IMG/VR virus record: IMGVR_UViG_3300042905_002309
Span: 169,278-233,277 of that record
Length of the DNA stretch: 64,000 bases
Origin: a virus
Taxonomy: Duplodnaviria > Heunggongvirae > Uroviricota > Caudoviricetes
Reading direction: 5' to 3' (one strand)
In this document: positions 18,251 through 27,911 of the stretch, piece by piece
Layout of the letters: every line of letters starts with the position of its first letter
Position numbering within the stretch: position 1 is the first letter of the stretch
Notes under the pieces: generated by a model
What the model saw: the letters and a program-made list of their open reading frames with translations, nothing else
The model's database searches: none
What the model was told of the DNA's origin: nothing
Program-made: the position numbers and the translations under genes

Positions 18251-18670
18251 ATGTACTCAGGATATAAAGAGTTTGAGGTCACATCAAGTCATTATAAATT
18301 TTTATTCATAAAGGCTTTGACCAGAGGTTTACATGCATGGGAAGTCGTAGATAAAACCCAATTGGTATCAAGATTAGTTAATGTGCGTGATATCAAAGAT
18401 GGAGAGAATTTTTTAAAATCAATCGGTGCTTGGGAACAGTTTGAGAAAGAATATACAAACATTCCAAAGATTGAGAATAAAATTACTCCAGAAGATAATT
18501 TCAGTGTTGGTACAATTGAGAAAGAAAGTGAGAAGAAAATTATGTCATTGAAGGTTGATGAGAAGATTACACCAGATAGTGTTGAACAGATTAATCAACA
18601 AATTCAAGGCGAAATTAAACGTAGAGGTCGTCCAAAAGGTTCTAAAAATAAATTAAAGGAAGGAAAATAA
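18251..18670 (+). CDS. protein with C-terminal AT-hook (KRRGRPKGSKNK)
   Basis: ATG 18251 with RBS gaggtatat; GRP core. Confidence 0.5.
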   Translation: MYSGYKEFEVTSSHYKFLFIKALTRGLHAWEVVDKTQLVSRLVNVRDIKDGENFLKSIGAWEQFEKEYTNIPKIENKITPEDNFSVGTIEKESEKKIMSLKVDEKITPDSVEQINQQIQGEIKRRGRPKGSKNKLKEGK

Positions 18671-18672
18671 TA

Positions 18673-18867
18673 ATGAGTATATTTGCAAAGCTTGAGAATG
18701 GTCGTGTGATAATTTTGAATGAGCGTGGTCAGGGTAATGGTCGTGCATCAGTTGGGAGTGGTTATGTCAGTGTACAGGTGAATGGGGATTTCATCATGGC
18801 TACACGTAAAGACGGACGCATTGAATTCCTTGATAAACACGCTCAATATACTGGCAGAAGTGCTTAG
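18673..18867 (+). CDS. hypothetical small protein
   Basis: ORF track. Confidence 0.45.
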   Translation: MSIFAKLENGRVIILNERGQGNGRASVGSGYVSVQVNGDFIMATRKDGRIEFLDKHAQYTGRSA

Positions 18868-18869
18868 TT

Positions 18870-19205
18870 ATGAACGATTTACAATACGAGAAATTGTTGA
18901 AGAGTTGTACATCAGAGTGTACACATCCGTATTGTTTCTTAAAGATGTTCTTCATGAAGCAACATCCTAGTGAACGTGTAGTAGTTCAATTAAAATGTAT
19001 TGAAATCGCTAAATGGACTTGGAGTTCCGAAATAGGTAAAGATATAGGTTGGGAAGCTACTGGTATGCGGTGGGTATCTGATGGGTACGCAAAGGCATTT
19101 GCTACAGCTTATAATGAGAACGATGAAGTCTTGGCAATATTTAAACTTACAATGGATATTGTCAAAGATGAAATGAAAGCCAAGTCAGGGGAAATACAAT
19201 TTTGA
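18870..19205 (+). CDS. hypothetical protein
   Basis: ORF track. Confidence 0.5.
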   Translation: MNDLQYEKLLKSCTSECTHPYCFLKMFFMKQHPSERVVVQLKCIEIAKWTWSSEIGKDIGWEATGMRWVSDGYAKAFATAYNENDEVLAIFKLTMDIVKDEMKAKSGEIQF

Positions 19206-19417
19206 ATGATGATATTGACAATATGGACGTATCGACATTACTTACCGAACAAACACGTTTGTATGAAATTTTAAATAAAGGTGATGTCATGAATGATAAC
19301 CCTTTAATCCCTCGTCTTAAAATGGTGAAAGAAGAGATTGACAGTAGACGAATTGTTGGTAATCTATGTACTGATAAGAACATTTTAACTAGGCTTTTAA
19401 GGGTGATACATGGATGA
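19202..19417 (+). CDS. hypothetical protein
   Basis: ORF track; overlap. Confidence 0.45.
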   Translation: MNDDIDNMDVSTLLTEQTRLYEILNKGDVMNDNPLIPRLKMVKEEIDSRRIVGNLCTDKNILTRLLRVIHG

Positions 19418-19787
19418 TATAATTACAGAACAGCTTCAAGAGCGTGTGATTAATAAGACACATGAAATGTTTTATGTGCTTATGAATAAACTATTCTTAG
19501 GTGGTTCGTACTTACAACCATCATTACCTTACATTAAATTTAACTTAAAGGGTAAAACCGCAGGGAAGACTTATGTAGAAGATAATGTGATAAAGTTCAA
19601 TATGTATTTTATTGAACACAATCTTAATGATTTTCTACGTGACACTGTACCGCACGAAGTCGCACATCTTTATGAATGGTCTATATACCGATCAATTGGA
19701 CATAAGAAGCATTGGAAAGAATTTATGCAGATGATGGGTGTACTTAATCCGAAGCGTTGCCACTATTATTTAACGGTGAAAAAATGA
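19410..19787 (+). CDS. SprT-like zinc metalloprotease domain protein (HEVAHL...H)
   Basis: HExxH plus downstream His/Glu in a 125-aa protein. Confidence 0.45.
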   Translation: MDDIITEQLQERVINKTHEMFYVLMNKLFLGGSYLQPSLPYIKFNLKGKTAGKTYVEDNVIKFNMYFIEHNLNDFLRDTVPHEVAHLYEWSIYRSIGHKKHWKEFMQMMGVLNPKRCHYYLTVKK

Positions 19788-20062
19788 TAACTTGGAGTAC
19801 AGTATTTGCAGTGGCTATCTTCATAGCGGGTTGGAATGTCAATAATGAAGCCTATAAGTTTCTATTAAGTTATTTGAAGAATGAATACTTTTGCGCTTTA
19901 CTTTGTTGGGTGTCTCGTGTTATTATATTGAGTCAGTTGGGTTCTTGGATAATTCCTGTACATCCAATATTCTTTCAGTATATGATGGGTTGGCATGTGA
20001 TCGAAGGCGTATTGATGATCTTGATCTTAATTGCAGGAGCTTTTGTAAAGGTGAAAAAATGA
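19784..20062 (+). CDS. small membrane protein
   Basis: ORF track, ATG 19784. Confidence 0.45.
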   Translation: MITWSTVFAVAIFIAGWNVNNEAYKFLLSYLKNEYFCALLCWVSRVIILSQLGSWIIPVHPIFFQYMMGWHVIEGVLMILILIAGAFVKVKK

Positions 20063-20331
20063 TTTTAATAGCATATTTAATTGACTACCCTAATGTGAAA
20101 ATGCGTATTGATATTGGTATTATTTCACCTGTGAAGGAATTTACTACTAATAATACCATTGAACGATTGGTAACACAGAATGTATCTATTGCACCACATA
20201 AGGTGATTAACTGGTGTAAGAAGAATAATCCTAAAATGATTGTTTCTGATATTGACGGTAGCAATGAAATGGTATATGATTATTTGAATGGATATGTCGG
20301 TGAACAACTTAAATTGAAATTAGAGGAATAA
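20059..20331 (+). CDS. hypothetical protein
   Basis: ORF track, ATG 20059 with RBS aaaggtgaaaaa. Confidence 0.45.
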   Translation: MILIAYLIDYPNVKMRIDIGIISPVKEFTTNNTIERLVTQNVSIAPHKVINWCKKNNPKMIVSDIDGSNEMVYDYLNGYVGEQLKLKLEE

Positions 20332-20332
20332 T

Positions 20333-20551
20333 ATGAAAATTGTAATATTAATGGTATGTTTGATTGGTATCGTAATTCCTTTGGCAGGGATTTTAAGTGT
20401 TTTTAAGAATTATCAATTTACACCAAAGCACGAATTTTTGAATAAAGTTTACTTTTATAAGGGTATTCTTGTTGATGCTATCATTGTGTCAGCGTTGTTG
20501 ATTATTGGTCAGTATTCTGTTCAATTATTTTTATCGACTTTGGTAAAATAA
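20333..20551 (+). CDS. small membrane protein (2 TM)
   Basis: ORF track. Confidence 0.45.
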   Translation: MKIVILMVCLIGIVIPLAGILSVFKNYQFTPKHEFLNKVYFYKGILVDAIIVSALLIIGQYSVQLFLSTLVK

Positions 20552-20600
20552 TTGTTGACGGATTAATAAAGGTGTGTTAGAGTATTTACATTGAGTGCGA
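20552..20600 (+). promoter_or_regulatory. sigma70-like promoter (TTGACG, N17, TAGAGT)
   Basis: Spacing and hexamers by eye. Confidence 0.35.
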
Positions 20601-20624
20601 GAAGTAACAACACAGGAGATAAAG

Positions 20625-20795
20625 ATGATTAAGCAGAAAGTTTGTCCTAAATGTGGGTATGATGTTTATATCAAAGCTGATCTTAGTTGGGATGAGGTTA
20701 AACAGAATTGGGAAGTTGTTTGGACTAACGATCAAATCAGTTGTGCAAGATGTCATAACGAGTTTCGAATAAAAGATATTAAAGATGTAATGTAA
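20625..20795 (+). CDS. zinc-ribbon small protein (CPKCG...CARCH)
   Basis: ATG 20625 after RBS caggagataaag. Confidence 0.45.
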   Translation: MIKQKVCPKCGYDVYIKADLSWDEVKQNWEVVWTNDQISCARCHNEFRIKDIKDVM

Positions 20796-20799
20796 AGAA

Positions 20800-20950
20800 T
20801 GCAGATGGGTTTGTGTGGTTCGGATACAACGAAGTAGATTCGGTAAATAAATCCACACAGATTAATGCGACAGGGGGAGTTCCAAAGTCTCCCTATGAGG
20901 CGAACATAGTAACGAATAAGAGGTCGCTAATACCTCATAAAGTGAACGGG
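20800..20950 (+). ncRNA. structured non-coding region (several hairpins, e.g. TGTGTGG...CCACACA, GGGAG...CTCCC, GAGG...CCTC); possible small RNA
   Basis: No ORF; multiple inverted repeats by eye. Confidence 0.2.
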
Positions 20951-21042
20951 GATTGGTAAGTAGGTGTACAACGCTTACTGTATTGCTGAACACGACTTTG
21001 GTGCAATTTAGTGTTGAAAACGTTAGTGAAAGGAATAAAATT

Positions 21043-21342
21043 ATGAAATGTATTAAGAAAGAGAATGTTGTAAAGCGTGTGAAGAATGATTCAGCTACCT
21101 ACCTTGTTAAACAGGGTTGGGCTTATGTGGCGAAGAAAGAGTGGAAAGTTGCCAAGGCAGGTAAACCCTCAACTTCACAGGATGAAGCCGTTGTAGAGGA
21201 TGTGAAGCGTGTTAAAAAGGCCAAGGGAGCAAAGGTCAAGAAGCAGAAGGTGGAAGAGGTTGAAGATACTGTGGAACCTGTGGTTGCAGATGTTCCCAAG
21301 GTTGTGAAGAAAGCTAAGAAAAAGATTTCGATTGAGGTATAA
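21043..21342 (+). CDS. lysine-rich (histone-like tail KKAKGAKVKKQK) DNA-binding candidate
   Basis: ORF track; ATG 21043, RBS aaaggaataaaatt. Confidence 0.5.
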   Translation: MKCIKKENVVKRVKNDSATYLVKQGWAYVAKKEWKVAKAGKPSTSQDEAVVEDVKRVKKAKGAKVKKQKVEEVEDTVEPVVADVPKVVKKAKKKISIEV

Positions 21343-21343
21343 T

Positions 21344-21562
21344 ATGATAAAAGTTACAAAATGGGTTTTAGCTACTAAGAAACCAGAATATAGCGATATT
21401 AAAAATAGAATGTATCTTAACTGTGTCGATGATAGTTTTGAGGTTGGTGATATAACACATCGCGGATTAGTTTTGTGTCATACCAGAGAAGGTGCTAGAA
21501 ATTTAGGTCATGGGTTTTTCGATTTGACACCTAAAAAACTTACATTGACAGTAGAGGATTAA
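21344..21562 (+). CDS. hypothetical protein
   Basis: ORF track. Confidence 0.45.
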   Translation: MIKVTKWVLATKKPEYSDIKNRMYLNCVDDSFEVGDITHRGLVLCHTREGARNLGHGFFDLTPKKLTLTVED

Positions 21563-21563
21563 T

Positions 21564-22454
21564 ATGAACGTATCAAAAAATGAGATTCCTGTAGTATGGT
21601 ATGATTTTAGTATTCATTCATGCTCTAGCGCAAAGAAAGCTAAAACCATTTCCAAAGAGACAGAAGAGTTTAATACTTCTGATAATGGAACTGTATCAGC
21701 TATGGTATCCATTATCCCTAAGATTTGGGCTAAACCTATCCGTACAATCGAAGGGAAGATTCGTAATCATTTTAACCTACATGCTATCCAAATTGGTAAC
21801 ATGTATGCAGTTCCTATCACAACTTACCCTAAGTTTAAACATGACTTGGATATGTTACTTTCAGAACATTATATCAAAGTCGAAGCTTTGCTTAAAGTGG
21901 CTGAAACGGGTGAACTTTATGAAGTCGCTAAGAAACAATTGAGTAAAATTACTGACAAGGAAAATATCAAGTTGCCTAGCGTTGAAGAGATTCGTACAGG
22001 CTACGGAGTTGATATCAATGTTAATGTGAATTTTGAGTCTGAGCGTACACAGACAGCTTTGAAAGTGTTAGGTAACGATATTAAGGATAAGCTTGTGGAA
22101 GATGTTAAGGCTAGTGCGGAAGCTAGTGTACGTGATCAACAAAAGGCTATCATGGAAACTATCTTGAATCCTGTCAAAGCTTTGATTAAGGATATCCAAG
22201 ATCGTTGTAACCGTGGTGAAGATGATTCCAAGGTTGTTTGGAAGACACTTGTGGATAAGATCAAGCATATTACTGAGGTTTTGCCACAGTATAATATTAA
22301 TAATGATCCAGAAGTTTCAAAGATGTTTGACGCTTTGAAAGAGAGTTTCGGCAACTTGGACAAGGAAACTTTGAAAGTTAGTGCTGATGTCCGTAAGGAT
22401 GCGGTTGTTAAGGCTGAGAAGATTGCGATGGATTTCTCTAAGATGTTTGCTTGA
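21564..22454 (+). CDS. hypothetical protein (296 aa)
   Basis: ORF track. Confidence 0.6.
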   Translation: MNVSKNEIPVVWYDFSIHSCSSAKKAKTISKETEEFNTSDNGTVSAMVSIIPKIWAKPIRTIEGKIRNHFNLHAIQIGNMYAVPITTYPKFKHDLDMLLSEHYIKVEALLKVAETGELYEVAKKQLSKITDKENIKLPSVEEIRTGYGVDINVNVNFESERTQTALKVLGNDIKDKLVEDVKASAEASVRDQQKAIMETILNPVKALIKDIQDRCNRGEDDSKVVWKTLVDKIKHITEVLPQYNINNDPEVSKMFDALKESFGNLDKETLKVSADVRKDAVVKAEKIAMDFSKMFA

Positions 22455-22462
22455 AAGGATTT

Positions 22463-22711
22463 ATGAGTAAAAAGATATTATTTAAGAATTTAGTTGCATT
22501 ATTGGTTACGGGTACATTGGGAAGTTTTTTTATATTTGTGATTATTGGTTTAATGATCTATGCACCACCCTTTAGAATTTTCAGTATAGTTGCTTTTGCT
22601 GTTGCTATGCTTATGTGGGCTATAGTTCGTGTATGTGATATGGTTGCACATTGGAAATATTTTATGAGTGGTAAAAAATCTTTGAAGAAATTATTGACAG
22701 AAGCGGATTAA
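22463..22711 (+). CDS. small membrane protein
   Basis: ORF track; ATG 22463. Confidence 0.45.
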   Translation: MSKKILFKNLVALLVTGTLGSFFIFVIIGLMIYAPPFRIFSIVAFAVAMLMWAIVRVCDMVAHWKYFMSGKKSLKKLLTEAD

Positions 22712-22785
22712 TAGTGTAACCTATTATCTGTAAGTGAGAGATGTGTTGGTAAACGTGTGTTTAAATGTGAGAGAAGGAGAAAGAA

Positions 22786-23016
22786 ATGAACTATAGTATT
22801 GTTGATGTGAAGAGTGGTAAGAAGGGTCGTCCTGCTAAGTTGGTGAAGTTTACTGATGGTAGCGAGATTATGTTGAAGGAGTGGATTAAGGTTACTCCCG
22901 AAGGTAAGCTCTTTGCCAAGGAACTTCGTAAGGCTAAGAAAGTTGTCGCACAGGTTTCCACACCTGTTGAAGCCCCTACTGCGCCTGTTGCCGAGTCTGT
23001 CGGCATCGGTGCGTAA
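22786..23016 (+). CDS. small protein with AT-hook-like KKGRPAK
   Basis: ORF track; RBS gaaggagaaagaa. Confidence 0.5.
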   Translation: MNYSIVDVKSGKKGRPAKLVKFTDGSEIMLKEWIKVTPEGKLFAKELRKAKKVVAQVSTPVEAPTAPVAESVGIGA

Positions 23017-23026
23017 GTAGTATCCA

Positions 23027-23078
23027 ACCCCTGTCTGGTGGTTTACAATATCATCAGACAGGGGAAGGGATTTTAATA
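23027..23078 (+). terminator. rho-independent terminator (10-bp stem CCCCTGTCTG/CAGACAGGGG, then T-rich tract)
   Basis: Seen directly. Confidence 0.6.
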
Positions 23079-23080
23079 TT

Positions 23081-23164
23081 GCACCCGTAGTCGGACTAGG
23101 TTTCTACCCTATGTAACCGTAATTGGAACTGCAACTACAGGTTCGAATCCTGTCGGGTGTACCA
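23081..23164 (+). tRNA. tRNA-like gene (acceptor GCACCCG/CGGGTGT, T-arm ACAGG-TTCGAAT-CCTGT, A73, CCA); 84 nt, interior not resolved
   Basis: Canonical 3' half and acceptor pairing by eye. Confidence 0.5.
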
Positions 23165-23177
23165 TTTGAAAGGACTT

Positions 23178-23351
23178 ATGAAACAATATAAACATGTGTT
23201 AGATTTTTGTTTTACCGTGGATACTAATATTGGTTATGAGTCCATTCCACGAGAAGTTTTACTTAAAGCTTTGAAAGATCGTATTAAACGTATTGAAGAG
23301 TCTGGTGAAGATACTGGTATTGGACTAGTTGACACAGAAGAGATTAAGTAA
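23178..23351 (+). CDS. hypothetical small protein
   Basis: ORF track; ATG 23178. Confidence 0.45.
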   Translation: MKQYKHVLDFCFTVDTNIGYESIPREVLLKALKDRIKRIEESGEDTGIGLVDTEEIK

Positions 23352-23686
23352 TGACAGCTTCACCCGAATTGGTGCAACAAGGAATACGTAAAGCTTTAAA
23401 AAGTCATTGTCACACTAAGGTAGCTGTGATATGCTTTGATAAGCGTGGTAAATTGCTTGGTGTGGTGGTTAATAGCCAACGGTTTAATCGTAAGGGTGGA
23501 GGTTTTCATGCCGAAATTCAAGCCTTACGTAAGTATGGACAAAGATTATTCAGTATTGTCTTGCTAAGAACAGGGAAGAGTGGCATACTTAGACCAATTG
23601 AATGTTGTCCAGTATGTGCGAAACTTTTAGAAGAGAATAATATTAAAGTAACAACGATTAAAGGAGAGAATTGTGAAGATAGTTGA
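23351..23686 (+). CDS. cytidine/deoxycytidylate deaminase-fold zinc enzyme (HAE...PCxxC)
   Basis: GGFHAEIQAL...CCPVCAKLL. Confidence 0.55.
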   Translation: MTASPELVQQGIRKALKSHCHTKVAVICFDKRGKLLGVVVNSQRFNRKGGGFHAEIQALRKYGQRLFSIVLLRTGKSGILRPIECCPVCAKLLEENNIKVTTIKGENCEDS

Positions 23687-23999
23687 AATGGTTGAAGGTG
23701 CTTTTAATGGGTTGAATACTCAAATTGAAACTCTTACCAAAGAGCGTAATGAAGCTAGGGAATGGGTTCAAAAGCTTCAACGTACTACACAGACGTTGAC
23801 TTGTGTGTATTGTGGGCAAATGTATCCACCTAACACACCTACACACGGTTCAGAAGTCTTGACAGAGCACATCAAGGTATGTGAAAAGCATCCTATGCGT
23901 AAGATTGAGGAAGAGAATAAAGAGTTACGTAAGCGTGTGGCAGAATTGGAAAAAGATTTGGATAGTGCTTACAATGAAATGGCAGGAGAGGATATCTAA
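23673..23999 (+). CDS. coiled-coil protein
   Basis: ORF track. Confidence 0.5.
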   Translation: MKIVEMVEGAFNGLNTQIETLTKERNEAREWVQKLQRTTQTLTCVYCGQMYPPNTPTHGSEVLTEHIKVCEKHPMRKIEEENKELRKRVAELEKDLDSAYNEMAGEDI

Positions 24000-24000
24000 T

Positions 24001-24165
24001 ATGCTCGGTCTAGGTGGGGATGATAAAGATTCACAACGATTTTGGAATCTAATCGTATTTAAGATGTACGCTACTGATGATGAGATTGAAGATATGATGC
24101 CTATATTTGGTATTATTATTTTGCTTGTAATCGTCGGTGGATTGATATATCATTTTTGTAAATAA
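24001..24165 (+). CDS. small membrane protein
   Basis: ATG 24001; C-terminal TM helix. Confidence 0.35.
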   Translation: MLGLGGDDKDSQRFWNLIVFKMYATDDEIEDMMPIFGIIILLVIVGGLIYHFCK

Positions 24166-24176
24166 GGAGAATTAAA

Positions 24177-25310
24177 ATGAGTGAGAGAAAATTAGCAAGT
24201 ATTCAGAAAATTATTGATGTTAAAGCCATTGACGGTGCTGATAAAATCGAACTAGCCTTTGTCAAGGGTTGGCAAGTTGTTGTGGCTAAGAAGGATGGAT
24301 TCAAGATTGGTGATTTAGTCGTCTATATCGAAATTGATTCACTAGTACCTGATCGTCCTGAATTTGAATTCCTTCGTGAGCGTAAGTTCCGTGTAAGAAC
24401 TATCAAGCTTCGTAAACAGCTTTCACAAGGTCTTATCGTTCCTATTGATACTATTTCTAATTTACGTCATGCTCTAATTTCATTAAAGACTATTGAAGAG
24501 GGTGATGATGTTACAGCACTTATGGGTATCACTAAGTATGATCCACAGGCACAGGAAGAGAAAGCTCTTAGCGTCCCTAAACACCAGAACAAGGTGCTTA
24601 GATACCTTATGAACTTCAAAGCCTTTAGAACGGTTTACTTAAAATTAAATCAAAAGGAGAACGGTTGGCCTGTCGGTGTTGTCTCTAAGACTGATGAAGA
24701 GAATATCCAGAATATGTACAATGTCATTTCTGAGAACTTTGAGAAGAGTTTTTATGTGACTGAGAAGTTAGAGGGACAGAGTGCGACATTCTATACCACG
24801 TTTGAGAAACATTGGGGTTTCAATCGTAAGGTGTTTGGTGTATGCTCTCGTAATATCAAACTTGAGAAACCTGACAACTCTAAGTACTGGCAGACCGCAA
24901 AGCGATATGATCTTGAGAAGGTTTTAAAGTCTTACAAGTGCCGTGTTGCTATTCAGGGTGAGCAAGTAGGTGAGGGTATTCAGGGTAATATCTATAAACT
25001 TACTGGTGTTGATCTATTTGTATTCAACGTGTATATGGATGGTAAACGTTTAGGTGTAGATGAATTGAAGGCATTTTGTGATAAGCATGGTTTAACGACT
25101 GTGCCTGTACTTGATGCAAACTTCGTTCCTTCTAAAGAAATAGTTTGCAATACCAAGGATGTTATTGTACATTACTTACTTGGATACAGTAATGGGACAT
25201 CTGTGTTATACAAGACTATGCGTGAGGGTGTTGTTTTACGATTAAATGAGAATCCTAGCGTATCAGTCAAGGCACGTAGTCCTGATTACTTAATTAAACA
25301 TGAGGAATAA
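24177..25310 (+). CDS. ATP-dependent RNA ligase-like nucleotidyltransferase (N-terminal OB-like domain plus NTase; Rnl5/DraRnl-like?)
   Basis: Putative motif I TEKLEGQS, motif IV REGVVLR; covalent nucleotidyltransferase-like layout; RBS aaggagaattaaa. Confidence 0.5.
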   Translation: MSERKLASIQKIIDVKAIDGADKIELAFVKGWQVVVAKKDGFKIGDLVVYIEIDSLVPDRPEFEFLRERKFRVRTIKLRKQLSQGLIVPIDTISNLRHALISLKTIEEGDDVTALMGITKYDPQAQEEKALSVPKHQNKVLRYLMNFKAFRTVYLKLNQKENGWPVGVVSKTDEENIQNMYNVISENFEKSFYVTEKLEGQSATFYTTFEKHWGFNRKVFGVCSRNIKLEKPDNSKYWQTAKRYDLEKVLKSYKCRVAIQGEQVGEGIQGNIYKLTGVDLFVFNVYMDGKRLGVDELKAFCDKHGLTTVPVLDANFVPSKEIVCNTKDVIVHYLLGYSNGTSVLYKTMREGVVLRLNENPSVSVKARSPDYLIKHEE

Positions 25311-25313
25311 ATT

Positions 25314-25466
25314 ATGAACAAATCAATGACAATAGCATCTTATGTGATTTTTTACCTAGCATTCGGTTTAATAGGATTCGGAACTAGTGGAGATGATGGA
25401 TCAAAATTCCGAGATATCGCAATCTTTTTAATGGGATGGGCTATCTTTATCAGACAAGGGGAATAA
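25314..25466 (+). CDS. small membrane ORF (50 aa), not in track
   Basis: Read by eye. Confidence 0.35.
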   Translation: MNKSMTIASYVIFYLAFGLIGFGTSGDDGSKFRDIAIFLMGWAIFIRQGE

Positions 25467-25561
25467 TATGAAACATACAGCAATAATCTTAATACTATTA
25501 ATTATCTTTGTAATGTTGTTCACTTCTGGTTGTGGATTCATAGTTCTATTTGGTATTTAAT

Positions 25562-25834
25562 ATGATAACTGCATACGGTGAAGATATCGCCTTTGCTATG
25601 TGCGGTGGGTGTCCTGTGCCGAAAGTGGCAAGGGATGCCTTCTGTCATATGTATAAAGGTAATGATGCTATGGAATATGGTAATCTATGTTTATTGCGTG
25701 AGATTGAACGTAGACAAAACGGTATATTAAACTTGTCACCATTCCAACCATGTGATAGTGAAGAAGCTAAAGCATCTTTGGAACGTCGAAGAGAACGTAT
25801 TATAGGTAAAGAATGGCAGGAATATTATGGTTAA
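25562..25834 (+). CDS. hypothetical protein
   Basis: ORF track; ATG 25562. Confidence 0.45.
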   Translation: MITAYGEDIAFAMCGGCPVPKVARDAFCHMYKGNDAMEYGNLCLLREIERRQNGILNLSPFQPCDSEEAKASLERRRERIIGKEWQEYYG

Positions 25835-26357
25835 AATAAAATATGTTGAGGGTGATCTTACTGATCCTATTTCACTTGTTAGTGATAATGGAATATTAGT
25901 TAGTACGCTTATTATGCATATAGTGAACGATCAAGGTATGATGGGTTCTGGCGTTGCTAGAGCTTTGTATGAAAAATGGCCTAAAGTTCGTAGTGAATAC
26001 ATTCGATGGTTTAATGAACCGAATACTTTTGATGTTGATACAGCTTTCCGACTAGGTAAGACACAATTTGTGACTGTATCCCCACCATCACTATATGATA
26101 TCGTGGTAGCTAATATGGTAGGTCAACACATGGTTGGTGCTGATGAACATGGTAATCCACCTATCCGCTATGATGCCTTGGATAGTTGTTTAACGCATGT
26201 TAAGAATTATGCAGAAAGATTTGAATTTTCTGTACATATGCCTTATAAAATGGGTGCAGATCGTGCCAGAGGTGATTGGAACAAAATTGTACAGATGGTT
26301 GAAGATATCCTTTGCAAAAATGATATCGCTGTGGTAGTCTATAAGTTGAAAGGTTAA
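25827..26357 (+). CDS. macro-domain-like protein (ADP-ribose / ADP-ribose-1''-phosphate processing)
   Basis: IKYVEGDLTD...HIVNDQGMMGSGVARAL resembles the macro N(A)AN...GGGV signature; 176 aa. Confidence 0.5.
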   Translation: MVKIKYVEGDLTDPISLVSDNGILVSTLIMHIVNDQGMMGSGVARALYEKWPKVRSEYIRWFNEPNTFDVDTAFRLGKTQFVTVSPPSLYDIVVANMVGQHMVGADEHGNPPIRYDALDSCLTHVKNYAERFEFSVHMPYKMGADRARGDWNKIVQMVEDILCKNDIAVVVYKLKG

Positions 26358-26358
26358 T

Positions 26359-26526
26359 ATGAAAATAAAAACGTTATGGATTATCAAAGAGAAGGAATCT
26401 GGTGAACATAGATGGTATACGTTCACAAGACAACAAGCCAGAGATACTATTAAGGATTATAGATACTGGAATGGATTTAGTGCTAAACAATTAGTCGTTA
26501 AGCAAGGAAGGGTATTTGAAGTATGA
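26359..26526 (+). CDS. small ORF (55 aa), not in track
   Basis: Read by eye. Confidence 0.4.
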   Translation: MKIKTLWIIKEKESGEHRWYTFTRQQARDTIKDYRYWNGFSAKQLVVKQGRVFEV

Positions 26527-26924
26527 ATATTGAAAATGCAGAAAAACGTAAGCAAGGTCGCCCAAAAGATAATACATTTCCTACATTTGTTACATGTCGT
26601 GTGACAGGGAAACAAAGTAAAATTAATGTAACACTTTTGCGTAGACAACTCCAAAAGAACGGTAAAACTATTGAAGAGTATTTGTCAAATTATGTGAGCC
26701 GAGAGGGTAAACACATTGAGGAAGATGCCTCAGATACTACACAAGTACTTCCCCCGATCAATCCAGACCTTGGTAAGGCTATTGAAGTAGAGGAACGAGT
26801 ATACGATGAAGATACGTTAGAAAAACGTAAAGTCATTATCAAAGATTTGTGGAATAAAATTGCACAACAGCCTCCTGAATATTATCAGGAACAATTTAAG
26901 ATTATAGGTTATCGTGGAAAATAA
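26523..26924 (+). CDS. protein with N-terminal AT-hook-like KQGRPKD
   Basis: ORF track. Confidence 0.5.
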   Translation: MNIENAEKRKQGRPKDNTFPTFVTCRVTGKQSKINVTLLRRQLQKNGKTIEEYLSNYVSREGKHIEEDASDTTQVLPPINPDLGKAIEVEERVYDEDTLEKRKVIIKDLWNKIAQQPPEYYQEQFKIIGYRGK

Positions 26925-27099
26925 AGTAAGAACCGAACTATTATTACAAACTGCTAACATTAGAACGTTATGCAATGAAGTGTTGGATGATTATAACGAC
27001 AAGAAATTAACACTTGTCGAAATGGATGCCCGTATGGTAGTGTTAAGTAAGAAATTAACCGAGTTGTCAGAAAGACTTGAAAATGAAAAATTCGGATAA
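26914..27099 (+). CDS. hypothetical small protein
   Basis: ORF track. Confidence 0.45.
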   Translation: MENKVRTELLLQTANIRTLCNEVLDDYNDKKLTLVEMDARMVVLSKKLTELSERLENEKFG

Positions 27100-27163
27100 A
27101 GCTATTATTATCATTGTAATCCTTTTACTATTTGGTGTAAAATGTTGCTAATGTGCGTGTTAT

Positions 27164-27436
27164 ATGAAACTATTACAAAGTGTCCTACTATCGATTGTGT
27201 TACTTTATTCTGGTGGGTGTGCGGGATATCCATTTGATAACGCTGACCATGAAGCATTGATTTTAATGTATAGTAGGCAACATGCCATTGAAGAACAAGT
27301 GAGACATCAGGCAGAGATTAGTGAAGCGGTAAAAAACTTTCAAATTCAAGCAATTAAAGGTGGCTTTGCTTATTGGGATGTGGTAGACTATTCAGGACGA
27401 GTGGAATTTAAATGGGTTGGACAGAAAAGGAAATAA
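27164..27436 (+). CDS. putative lipoprotein (signal peptide LYSGGC)
   Basis: ORF track; lipobox-like. Confidence 0.5.
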   Translation: MKLLQSVLLSIVLLYSGGCAGYPFDNADHEALILMYSRQHAIEEQVRHQAEISEAVKNFQIQAIKGGFAYWDVVDYSGRVEFKWVGQKRK

Positions 27437-27437
27437 T

Positions 27438-27902
27438 ATGATTAATTTACAATTAGATATACCTGCATTGGAACGATTGATTGGCGATGATAAAGAATTC
27501 GAATTGAAGTTGAAGGATGGAGTCATTGCGAATTTCGTTGACAAACATCTTAGAGTTCTTTTGAAGGATGAACTTATCAAGGCTAAGATTGAGGAAATCA
27601 CCAAGAAGATTAATGGTGAGGCTGATAAGATCGTTGCCAAGGAATTTGGTAACATGTCTAGTACTGGTTATGGCTATGCAATCAAATTGAATACGGAGTT
27701 TGAGAAGCATCTTAAAAGTCTTATTCGTTCACATGTTGATACTATGGTTTACACTATTATTGATGATAAGGTGAAAGAGTCTATTGCTAGTATTGATATT
27801 GGTGCGTATGCAGACCGTATTATGACGCTTCGTATGAACGAATTGTGTAAAGATGCTATCAACACTAAGGCTAAAGCGTTGATTGCCAATGCTTTGAAGT
27901 GA
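27438..27902 (+). CDS. hypothetical protein
   Basis: ORF track; ATG 27438. Confidence 0.55.
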   Translation: MINLQLDIPALERLIGDDKEFELKLKDGVIANFVDKHLRVLLKDELIKAKIEEITKKINGEADKIVAKEFGNMSSTGYGYAIKLNTEFEKHLKSLIRSHVDTMVYTIIDDKVKESIASIDIGAYADRIMTLRMNELCKDAINTKAKALIANALK

Positions 27903-27911
27903 GGTATATAT

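Noticed and set aside
25468-25559. 30-aa lipoprotein-like mini-ORF
   Set aside because: Too short to support from sequence alone.
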